From contig NC_090340.1 in assembly GCF_035084215.1 (NCBI RefSeq), forward strand, positions 2,790,001 to 2,854,000: a stretch of 64,000 nt of DNA. The letters run 5' to 3'. The notes under the pieces were generated by a model that was given only the letters and a program-made list of their open reading frames with translations, was not told where the DNA came from and did no database searches. Source of the stretch: Heptranchias perlo (lineage: Eukaryota). Shown here piece after piece: positions 24,720 to 35,827 of the stretch. Positions within the stretch are counted from its first letter, which is position 1; the number at the start of each line of letters is the position of its first letter. A program made the position numbers and the translations under genes.

Positions 24720-27700
24720 GTATTTTTTATATTTTTTTTCTATCCCATCCTCTCCGCGCTCTTTCTCAGTCCATAGTTTAACTCGTGCATTCATGTTTCG
24801 CATCTTATTTATAATTATGGTTTGTGTTTTCTGACAGTTACTATTGACACTCAGTTCCCAGTCGACCAAGCTCCTGAAACCATGACCGCGCTGGTAGGTT
24901 CAAACATCACCTTCTATTGCACATACCCCATTTTCCAAGATAACTCAGATGTCAATGTTTACTGGTGGAAACTTGGCGAAAGCAACTTTCTGCAAACTGC
25001 CTCCGAAAGCAGGAATAGATTTCTCCTTTTTAAACAAGGGGGAGCCTCCTTTCATCTTCTGAATATCAGTGCGCGGGACTCTGGGGTCTATTATTGCGGA
25101 GTGAGAATCCTGAGAGGCAGGATTGTAAATGGAACGGGTTCGACGATCAAAGTCTCCGGTAAGTGACACCGTGGACGACAAAGTAACCTCAAATGTCAGA
25201 TATTTCAAAATAAATATTAGTGCTGGATATTTTGTCAAAGATACTGGGACAATGTTCAACTTGCCGCCCATCTGCGTAACTGTAACTTTGGGCGATGGTG
25301 TAAAACGGGCGATATTGAATTAGCCGCCCATTATAAACAACACGTTATTTTCCTAACCATTGATGCCAGTGGAAGAGAAAATCTGGCGTGGTGTATATAG
25401 GTCGGCCAATTTCTAAATCTTAACATAAATAGCTAAAATTACTTCGCGTTGTCGATCTGCCGCCTGTTATAGGAACCGCCTCACGTTTCAATACCCGCTG
25501 GCTGATACTGAAAGCCAATGTTACGCCCGCGGCAAGTTGATAATGTACACCTTTATTTTAAAATAAACATATACATGCCTATGTTGTAAAAGACACACAC
25601 AGTGGAATGTTTTACAAACGCTGAGCGTGAACTGGCTAATATCCGGAGCAGTCACTCGTTGCTTTACATGCTGAAAATTCTTCCTTTTTCTTTTACCGAA
25701 ACCATCACTGATTGCGTTTAATATTCTTTATGGAAACGTACAGAAGGGACATTTTTATTTCACACATCTGGGAACAAGTACACTGCAATTAATTCAAAAT
25801 TCTTCAAGTTCCGAAATGGTCTGACAAAATTATTTTGTACGTCCTAAGTGCAGATCAAAGTTGTGCCTAATGTAACCTGCGCCGCCGCAGTTCTGCTTTA
25901 ACATTTTACCTCCAGTCGTCAAACTGTAGCCCGAAAATACAAAATTTAGATGATGTTAATTTATTTGTTGATGTTTTCTCAAACATTGTCAGTTCACACG
26001 GTCAAATAAACAGACTTTATTTGACCCCACACAGGAAACAAAATATTCTCCAATATAACATGTGGTGGACACCTACATAAAACTATTCACTCTCTCGAAA
26101 CATACAAGTGCTCCAAGTTGTAATAGCTGATGCTTCCCTCCCTCCATCACCAATCTGCAGCCGATAGCCTAAACCAGGTGACATTGGAGAATGATGGATC
26201 AGCTCCGGCGATGACGAACGCAAACAAACACCTGGCGCCGAAATAATATATCACCCAGAAACACATTTCCATCCAACCCTTCATTGGATTGGACTTAATA
26301 GCACCTGCAGGCAGATGTTGGATTTTCAGGCATAGATAGCTCCCCACACAGGAGTGACTCTTGTCAGTTTCCAAGCTGAAAGAAAAGGGTCCGTTATGTG
26401 AAGAAGGCACTAATTGTGTTTGTACATTGACCCAAAACGGTCCAAAAAACCTTATGACTTTTGGGAATGGCCTGCGATCACTCTTTGCCTTCTTACATTG
26501 CAACGCATTTGCTGTTTTATAGTGAAGATATTTTATACATTAAAATGCAACATATTTGTTATTTTATAATGCAACATGTTCACTTTTATATACTGTAACA
26601 TAATTGCTATTTTATTCCTCAATATTTTGGCTATTTTATAAGGCAACATAATTGCTATTAAATACTGTAACATATTAGTTATTTTATACCGCAACATATA
26701 GGATATTTGACAATGCAGCATATTCGCTATTTTATATTGTAACATATTTGCGATTATATATTGAAATATATTAGCTATTTTATAATGCAGCATATTTTCT
26801 AGCTTAAACTGCAACATGTTGGCTACTTTATACTACAACATATTTGCTATTATGTACTGAAACAAATTTGCAATTTTATACTGCAACATGTTGGCTATTT
26901 TATAATGGAGCATATTTGCAATTTCATACTGCAGCATATTTGTTATTTTATAATGCAGCCCCTTTGCAATTTTATACTGTATCATATTTGATATTTGATA
27001 TGATTCACATATTTATTATTTTAATCTGTAGCATTTTTTTGCCATTTTAGATTGTAAACGTTATTATTTAATACTACAGAATATATAGTATATGAAACAT
27101 GTTGCAACACATTTACAATTTTATACTAAAACATATATACTATTTTATACTGCGACAGATTGAAGATTTATTTTATATATATTGTAACAGACGGATAATG
27201 TAACATGTTTTTAACGTGGACGATATTTATTAGTTCATAATTTCACACATTTATAATTTATATTGTAACAGATTTGGTATTTCTTCAGATACATGTGAAA
27301 TGTGATTCGTACTTGAAAATTCAACAAAATGTTAATTTTGAAAGTTATAACGGATTTATAACAACTGGATTGTTGACGATACCATCAAATTATAGTAATA
27401 CAATATACAAGGGGAGTTTAAACAATCATTTATGTCAATTAATATTGATATCAATTCATGTTATCCAGTTGAAGTTCCTCGAACTTAAACGAGACTGCCC
27501 TCCCAATGAGCAGAAATGAGACACATTCTAAATATTCTTTTTTGAAACCGTTCCACAGTTCCGCCAACGCCGCTGAGGATTTTCTCCAAAGTATCAGAAT
27601 CGAACTCCTCTGCTCTGAATCTCGTGTGTAAAACGGACAACTTTTACCCGGATGCTCTCTCCCTCACTTGGTATAAAGATGGGATTGAGATTGTGATCGG

Positions 27701-28480
27701 CATAGAGACGACTACAACATTGAACATCGACGGACTGTATGAAGTTTCCAGCTTGCTGAAGGAGACACAGTCTATCCGAAGCGGGGCTGTTTATACTTGT
27801 CAAGTATCCCACCTCACGCTGCCTGCTCCAGCTAATGTGACCTTCATTATCCCGATTTCTAACATAGGTAAGGTGCCGGCATCCTTACAAACACAATGAA
27901 CTGGTGTTAAAATAATTTTTCGTTTACGCTGCAGGCTTAGCGTCGGCTGGAATAATTTAGCTTAACACCGGAACAATATCTATCGCGTAAATCTAGAGTC
28001 AGGAGCCCACTACGGAGAAACAGAGTGAGAGAAGGCAATCTCACAGTTCTGGTCCAAGCCCATGTCAGCTTGATTGTTCGGAGTTCTAACGCGGCTAAAA
28101 TACCAACGTTGTACCAAATAACATAATTTACGGATGGCCTGTCATATTTACTTTCTCTGAAGGACAAATTTAACGCACTATTAAAATAACTTCACTGACA
28201 CTTTTAGCTTAAGAACTTCACGGTGCTGTAAAAAAATACATAATCTCTCTACTGAATGGTTAGCATGAGTTTAAGGAATACAATGGGGTAGATTTTCTAT
28301 TTGGCGCCCGATCGTAAAAGTCGCCCGTTATATAAACAACACAATATTCATTTCTGTTTTTGTATATTCCTAGTTTCCCTTGACAATTCATTTATGGTTG
28401 TTCGGTTTGTATTGAGCGTATTGGTCGTTTTGATGCTGACGATAATCATTGTGGATCATTTTTGGATCAACTCCTTTTAA
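24665..28480 (+). CDS. Spliced IgSF type I membrane receptor, leader-V(J)-C1-TM, 263 aa: join(24665..24719,24838..25158,27559..27867,28374..28480)
   Basis: All three introns are GT-AG and phase 1. The joined frame is open (792 nt including TAA) and each exon is one domain. Exact orthology (SIRP, NKp30, B7H6 or antigen-receptor-like) is not determined. Confidence 0.88.
24838..25158 (+). CDS. Exon 2: Ig V-set domain with a germline-joined J-like G strand
   Basis: Acceptor TTTTCTGACAG; GSNITFYC...VYWW...RF...DSGVYYC...NGTGSTIKVS; donor CCG|GTAAGT. Confidence 0.93.
25282..25445. mobile_element. MITE-like element in intron 2
   Basis: AACTTTGGGCGATGGTGTAAAACGGGCGATAT...CTAAAATTAC. Confidence 0.7.
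26061..26317. promoter_or_regulatory. Candidate intronic enhancer (RUNX site and four E-boxes)
   Basis: TGTGGT 26061, CAGGTG 26175, CACCTG 26229, CACCTG 26302, CAGATG 26312. Motif evidence only. Confidence 0.3.
26508..27160. repeat. Degenerate AT-rich 24-bp minisatellite (consensus about TGCTATTTTATACTGCAACATATT)
   Basis: 24-nt periodicity, echoed in the 8-aa repeats (ANMLQYKI) of spurious ORF 26533-26817. Confidence 0.9.
27559..27867 (+). CDS. Exon 3: Ig C1-set domain
   Basis: Acceptor TTCCACAG; LVCKTDNFYPDALSLTWYKDG...GLYEVSSLL...YTCQVSHLTL; donor ATAG|GTAAGG. Confidence 0.93.
28374..28480 (+). CDS. Exon 4: short stalk, transmembrane helix with Arg, short tail and stop
   Basis: Acceptor TATTCCTAG; VSLDNSFMVVRFVLSVLVVLMLTIIIVDHFWINSF*; donor AAAG|GTAAGA follows at 28483. 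Confidence 0.82.
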
Positions 28481-28575
28481 AGGTAAGACATCCATTTATC
28501 ACTGTTGGGCGATAGGTTAACGACAGGGCACAAAGCGAACGTCAACAGAAAAGAATGAAAAACAATTCCACGATC

Positions 28576-28700
28576 ATTTTAACTTTGCGGGATAGTATAA
28601 AATGGACGATATGGAATTGGCCGCTTATTATATTTCTGGTGCATTACTGGCAGATCCGATATCGCCCATTTTACACATTGCCAAAAGTTAAAATTACCCC
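28576..28700. mobile_element. Palindromic MITE-like element
   Basis: ATTTTAACTTTG...TAAAATGGACGATATGG pairs with CCGATATCGCCCATTTTA...CAAAAGTTAAAATTACCCC. Confidence 0.78.
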
Positions 28701-28994
28701 CGAGGTGTCTGGTGCAGAGAAAAACACCGGCATGTGGTTGATGGGCGAATGGCCCGTTTTAATACAGGGGTCTAGTTTGGACTTTTGGACGGGCGACTGA
28801 AAGACCGTACGTGGGCTGGCACATTGCCAGTCACCAAAAGGACTTCCCGATGCAGGTCACCGGATTGAGGCCTCTCATTATCGCGCTACTCCAGCAAGGC
28901 AAGGAGGGCGGAGGTTTGGAGACGGCAGCAGTCCTAATCATTTTTGTGAGGCCCAGAGCAGCACCTCTGATCCTCCGGGAACCACTGAAATAAT

Positions 28995-31038
28995 TCCACA
29001 CTTACGGGCAAAACTGCAATTGAGCAATGGGCGGCCTTTAAAGAGGAGATGGTTCGGCTGCAGTCTCGGCACATTCCCAGGAGGCAGAAAGGTAGGGCAA
29101 CTAAAGCCCTGGTTGACAAAAGAGATAGTGAGTAAGATGAAACATATGTCAGTTTGATAGCACGAGTGAGAAACAGACCGAATATAGAAAGTTCAGAGGG
29201 GAAGTGGAAAAGTAAATAAGAGGGGCAAAGAGAGAACATGAGAATTGACAGACGGCCAACATAAAAGCGAATCCAGAAATCTTCAACAGGCATGTAAACA
29301 GTAAAGGGTAGTAAGAGGAGGGGTGAGGCTGATAAGGGACCATAAAGAAAATCTACTCAAGTAGCAGAGGGGTGGCCGAGGTACTAAATTAATACTTTGC
29401 ATCTGTCTTTACCAAGGAAGTAGATGCTGCCAGAGTCTCAGTAAAGGAAGATATAGTTGAGATACTGGATTGGCTAAAAATTGGAAAAGAGGTACTAGAA
29501 AGGCTAGCGGTACTTAAAGTAGATAAGGCACCTGGTCCAGATGGGATGCATCCTACATTGCTGAGGGAAGTAAGGGTGGGAATTGCGGAGGTACTGGCCA
29601 CAAACTTCCAAACATCCATAGATACGGGGATGGTGCCAGAGGACTGGAGAATTGAAATGTTACACCCTTGTTCAAAAAAGATGTAAGGACAAACCCAGCA
29701 ACTATAGGTCAGTTACTTTCACCTCAGTGGTGGGGAAACTTTTAGAAACAATAATCCAGGACAGAATTAACAGTCCCTTGGATAGGGGTGGATTGATTAG
29801 GGAAAGCCAGCACAGATTTGTTAAAGGCAAATTGTGCTTAACTAACCTGATGGGGTGTTTTGATGAGGTAACAGAGAAGGTAGATGAGGACAATGCATTT
29901 GATGTGGTGTTTATGCGCTTCCAAAAGACGTAAAAATAAAGCGCCGCATGGTAGGCTTATCATCAAGATTGCGGCCTATGGAATAAAGGGGCAGTAACAA
30001 CATGGATACAGAACTGGCTAAGTTACAGGAAACAGAGCGTAGTGGTTAACGGTTGTTTTTTGGATTGGAGGGAAGTGTCCAGTGGTGATCCCCAGGGGTC
30101 GGTGCTAGGACTACTGATTTTCTTGATATATATTAATTTGCAGATGACACAAAACTTGGAAGGGCAGGAAACAGTGAGCAGGATAGTGATAGTCTTCAAG
30201 AGGGCATAGACAGGCTGGTGGCATGGGCGGACACGTGGCAAATAAAATTTAATGCAGAAAAATGCGAAGTGATATATTTCGGTGGGAAGAATGAGGAGAG
30301 GCAATATAAACTAGAGGGCACAATTCTAAAAGGGGTACATGAACAGAGAGATCTGGGGGTATATGTGCACAAATCGTTGAAGGTGGTAGAGCAGGTTGAG
30401 AAAGCGTTTATAAAAGCATATGGGTTCCTAGGCTTTCTAAATAGAGACATAGAGTACCAAGGTATGGAAGTCATGATGAACCTTTATAAAACACTGGTTT
30501 GGCCACAACTGGATATTGTGTCCAGTTCTGGGCACCACACTTTAGGAAAAGTTTGAAGGCCTTAGTGAGGGTGCAGAAGACATTTACTGGGATAATTCCA
30601 AGGATGAGGGACTTTAGTTACATGGATAGACTGGAGAAGCTGTTCTCCTTGGAACAGAGAAGTTTGCGAGGAAGTTTGATAGAAGTATTCAAAATCATGA
30701 GGGGGCTAGACAGAGTAGATAGAGAAAAAATGTTCCCATTGGCGGATGGGTCAAGAACCAAAGGACATAGACTTAAGGTGATTGGCAAAACAACCAAAGT
30801 TGCCATGGGGAGAAACTTTTTTACACTGCAAGTAGCTAGGGTCTGGAATGTACTGTCCGAGGGTATGATGGAGGCAGATTCAATTATGGCTATCACAGGA
30901 GAACTGGATAAGTACGTAAAAGGAAAAAAAATGCAGGGCTACGGGATAGGGCGGGGGAGTGGGACTAGCTGGATTGCTCTTGCATAGAGCTAGCTACAAC
31001 TCGATGGGCCGAAGGGCCTCCTTTCGTGCTGTACCCTT
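28995..31038 (+). mobile_element. Degraded CR1, same subfamily as 8200-10695
   Basis: Collinear similarity to the 8.4-10.7 kb copy, with internal deletions. Confidence 0.9.
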
Positions 31039-32149
31039 TCTATGATTTTACGATTCTACCTTGGCTGGACCTCTTTGGCTCCATCGACTGTGGAACTGCT
31101 GGGAGTGTGCTCAGCGCAGGATTCGACCAGTTCCGACCTGGCATTCATGGTCCCAGGACCGCTACTTGCTAGTTAAAACGGGCGCCCTGTGGTAGGCTCC
31201 AATCTAAATGACAGGGACGTCTATGTTGTGTTAACTGCGCGGTAAAGCTACCGACCCCTTTAAGAGATGTTTTATCTGACCATTAACGCCATTTGATAGA
31301 AGTGAAACTTGACGCCTAAGATTCTATGATTAGCTCAGATCATTATAGTTTTTAATTTACATACGGTTACTAACAATTATACATTTATTGAATAAAACAT
31401 TAACTCTACTTTTTTGTGATTAAGGTATATTAGAATGTATTAACGCCTTGGACTGAATTTTAGAAAGAGGATATTAACTTGTTTTACTCAGTATTACACA
31501 CTTCTTAACAGATAGACACTTTCCTAAGTTACATATTTCAAAATGGGACCTTCTCCTAGTATCGATTGTTATTTTTAAATATCGACAGAGCAAACTCTAT
31601 TTTTACAATAGCAGGATGTTTATGATCTTTTCCAAAACTAACATTCAGAAAGTTTGGTCTAATTTAATATATGGTCTGTTTACTGTTGCAAACGTTTAGC
31701 AGTTACGAAACCGAACCTTTCACACGCATTAGTAGAGCAACTATAATGCACCCATTCAAAAAAAAATCCATTTAGAGTCCGAGATTTTCCTTCAAATAAT
31801 AGCAAACAATTTTATGAGGATTTTCAAATCTTGTGCTGTTTCATAATTTCCAGACTTATCAGAGAGAAAACTGATCCAAAAAGCGCAGATACTGGATATA
31901 CCGTGAAGATGGTTAAGGAACATAGGAATTATTAGTCTAAAAATACCAAGATCCTAGTTCTTCTTCTACGATCTTGGGATCATGCAACTATAATGGAGTT
32001 GCTGGCTAATCTTAGCAATCACTCTCTATCAATTAGTCCACAACAGACCCAGGCACAATGCGAGGAGAACCCAGGTGGTGGAGACCTCTAGGAACCGTCT
32101 TTGCAATCTTATACTGTCCTGAAAAAAATCCTAGTTCACTGGACTACGT

Positions 32150-32450
32150 AGAATCATAGAGCAGAATCATAGAAAGTTACGGCACAGAAGGAGGTCATTC
32201 GGCCAATCATGTCCGTGCCGGCTGAAAAAGAGCTATCCAGCTTAACCCCAGTTTACAGCACTTGGTCCGTAGCCCTGTAGGTTACGGCACTTCAAGTGCT
32301 CATCCAAGTACTTTTTAAATGAGTTGAGGGTTTCTGCCTCTACCACCCTTTCAGACAGTGAGTTCCAGACCCCCACCACCCTCTGGGTGAAAAAAAACCC
32401 CTCAGCTCCCCTCTAATCCTTCTACCAATTACTTTAAATCTATGCCCCCT
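32150..32450 (-). mobile_element. CR1 3' fragment
   Basis: AGAATCATAGA tail; GAGTTCCAGACCCCCACCACCCTCTGGGTG (TQRVVGVWNS). Confidence 0.8.
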
Positions 32451-33379
32451 ATACATACCTTAATTTTCGAAATAGTCTTTAAACCCTAAATTCATATATA
32501 TTTCTACAACGCATGATACAACTCAATAAATGAAGCCCCATAGAGTAATGTATGTATTACCTAAATTGGTCATTCGTGAGTGGTTTAATTTTAGTTTAAC
32601 ATCTAAACTGTATTGATAGCCATTTAAGTCAATTCTGTTTCCTGACTGAATGATCCATTGCCAAAAGCTCTGAATTAATTAAGATTGCTTTATATAAAGT
32701 CTCAAATAATGGTAACAGAATAATATGATCAAACAAGCTGGAAATAAATGAATGGTAAAAATGGATCTATTGTGATTCCACCATATAGCTACAGCAGCAG
32801 GTTATTGGTGGTGTAAAGTGACGACCTGTGAAAGTAATCAAGAAATATAAGGATTATAAATAATACAACGTGTACTGATCTGAATTTCGTTTTACAGATT
32901 CATTATGTGTTGAGAGGCGAATGGCCTTGTGCTGGTGGAGCTTTACCGGCTGGATCAAAACAACAAATTCTTAAGGAGATGTGTCCAGTGAAGCTGAGAA
33001 TCAAATCAGCATAAATAACCTGAATGGAAACAAGCAGTGTGATTGATTACAGATATATCCGACCTATGGTAGCTACTGGAGTTATACAAAAAGGCAACTG
33101 AAACTTAAAACTGAGATAACTTTGCGCAATAATTACACATTGTAAGGTGGTGAAATCCAATTAATTCTGTAGTTAGGTCTGCTCTATGAAAACAGATCTG
33201 CTATGGAAACGAAATTGCAGCAATGCTTTTTATTGAGAATGTGTGCTTAATTGCGCCTTTCCATTGAGACTGTGCGTGATATCTGCAATCCCAATTAGTT
33301 AGAAATGTTTTTGCATCTTCATAACTTGCATCTGTATAATCAAGATGAAATACTGACAACGATTTCTTCTCTGCCTTTC

Positions 33380-35060
33380 CTAGAATCATCGAATCATAGA
33401 GTGATACAACACAGAATTAGGCCTTTCGGTCTATCGGGCCTGTGCCGGCTCTTTAAAAGAGCTATCCAATTAGTCCCACTCCGCTGCACTTTCCCCATAA
33501 CCCTGAACATTTTTCCCCTTCAAGTATTTATCCAATTTTCTTTTGAAAGTTATTGTTGAATCTGCTTCCAGCACCCTTTCAGGCAGTGCATTCCAGATCA
33601 TAACAACTCGCTGCATATTTTTCCCTCATGTTGCCTCTGGTTCTTCTGCCAATTACCTTAAATTTGTGACCTCTGCTTACCGACCCTTCTGCCATTGGAA
33701 ACAGTTTCTCCTTATTTACTCTATAAAAACCATTCATGATTTTCAACACTTGTATCAAATCTACCCTTAATTATTAACAAGAAAATCCCCAGTTTCTCTA
33801 GTCTCTCCACGTGACTGAAGTATTTCATCCCTGGTACCATTCTAGTAAATCTCCTATGCACCCTCTCTAAAGCCCTGACATCGTTCCTGAAGTGTGGTGT
33901 CCAGAATTGGCCACCATACTACAGCTGGGGCCGAACCAGTGTTTTACAAATGTTTAGCATAACTTCCTTGCTTTTTTATTTGGTGCCTCTATTTATACAG
34001 CCAAGGATCCCTTATACCTTTTCAGCAGCCTTCTCAACTTGTCCTGTCACCTTCAAAGACTTGTTTACGTTCACCACCAGGTCTCTCTCCTCCTGCACCC
34101 CATTTTAAATCGTATCATTTAGTTCACTTCACACTTCTCTGCGTTAAAATTCATCTGCCTTGTGTCTGCCCATTTTAGCAGTCTGTCTATGACCTCCTGA
34201 AGTGTGTTACCATCCTGCAAATCCTGAAATTATGCCCTGCATAACCAAATCCAGATCATTAATATATATCAACAAGAGCAGTGTTCCCAACACCGACTCC
34301 CAGGCACACCCCTGTATACTTCCCTCCAGTCTGAAAAACAGCCATTCACCACTATCCTCTTCCTTCTGTCTCTTCGCAAATTTCGTATCCACGCAGCCAT
34401 TGCTTTAATCCAATGGACTTCAATTTTGCTAACAAGACTGTTATATGGATTTCAACAAACGCCTTTTGAAAGTCCATATACACATCAACTGCACTACCCT
34501 CATCAACCCGTTCGATTACTTCATCACATAACTCAAACAAGTTAGTCAATGACGACTTGCCTTCAACAATCCGTGCTGGCTTTCATTTGTTAACCCATTT
34601 TTTTCCAAGTGCGAATTAATTTTGTTCCGGATTATTGTCTCCGAAAGTTTCCCCATCACCAACGTTAGGATGACTGGCCTTTAATTGCCAGGTTTATGCC
34701 TCGCCCCTTTTTTGAACGAAAGTGTAACATTTGTCTTCCTTCAGTCCTCTGACTCAACTGCCATATCTAAAGAGGGTTGGATGATTGTGGCATGAGCCTC
34801 CGCAATTTCCACCCTCACTTCCCTCAGCAACATAGGATGCATCCTATCCAGAGAGGGTGACTTTTCTACTTTGAGTGCTGCCAACCTTTTAAGTACCTCC
34901 TCTATCTATTTTTACACTGCCCAATTTTTCTACCTCCCCTTTACTGTAAGATTGGCAGCATCCTCTTCTTTGGTGAAGACACTTTGCAAAGTACTCATTT
35001 AGTACCTCAGCTATGCCCTCTGCCTCCACAAGAAGATCTCCTTCTTGGTCCCTATTTTTT
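33380..35060 (-). mobile_element. Degraded CR1 RT and 3' fragment
   Basis: AEVLNEYFA and VDVYMDFQKAF on the minus strand; tail at 33380. Confidence 0.85.
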
Positions 35061-35704
35061 CTCCCTTTGAGCAAGAAGGTCTTAATCGGCTTCATTATAA
35101 TTTGGGCTAAGATCTCATAACACTTAGCACACAGAGGAAATCTTCCCCAATGTGTTTTAGTAACACATGAGCGTTTTCAGTCAGAAGATCTTCGATCCAT
35201 CTAACCCACCTACCCATGTTTCTAACGACCCTGAATCCCATTTGCTGAAAAGAACGTTTCTAGTTCATTCTTGAAACCATTTATGTTTCTTGTTCCACCA
35301 CCCATGCCATCAATTTGTTCCACATACTTACTAGTTTTGGTTAAAAAAGTTACTCCTGCACTTCCTATTTTTTTCTGTTGTCCTGAATTTCTAAATGTGG
35401 CCTTTTGATTTTATGTTCTGTACATGGTAGAAAAACTTACTCGGATCCAATTTGTCCAAACCTTTCACAATTTTAAACACTTCTATCATATTCCTCTCTC
35501 AGTCTTCATGTTTCAAGTGAGCAGAGACCAGGGTAGTAAAACTGAAGTTTTCTGTTCAATTCAATTTAATTCAAGGAAATACTATTTCAAGTGTGATTAG
35601 GACTGCTAATTTATACAACGATTTGTCACTGACATCTAAGTAATACCCAATATGTCTTTCACTCGGATGCGTGCGAGATACAATGCACCACGCCATAGAG
35701 GATG

Positions 35705-35827
35705 AGTTTATTTTTTGGCGATGTTGTAAAACGGAATTCAATGGAAAAAAAAATCCGGAGAGGCAAAGCAATTGGCCGATCTGATATCACAAGTTTTACA
35801 CCATGGCGAAAATATAAAATTGCCTCT
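35705..35827. mobile_element. MITE-like element, internally deleted
   Basis: TTTTGGCGATGTTGTAAAAC pairs with GTTTTACACCATGGCGAAAA...AAATTGCCTC. Confidence 0.65.

Noticed and set aside
25598-25625. RSS heptamer CACAGTG downstream of the V exon
   Set aside because: It is 440 bp into the intron, and the nonamer-like ACAAACGCT is 9 bp away rather than 12 or 23. CACAGTG at about 23619 also lacks a nonamer.
26533-27050. Repeat-protein ORFs (ANMLQYKI)n
   Set aside because: They are a by-product of the 24-bp minisatellite; no splice or domain support.
32898-32915. ITIM in the putative tail exon (IHYVLR)
   Set aside because: Y+3 is Arg, so it does not fit (I/V/L/S)xYxx(L/V); GYTVK also fails.
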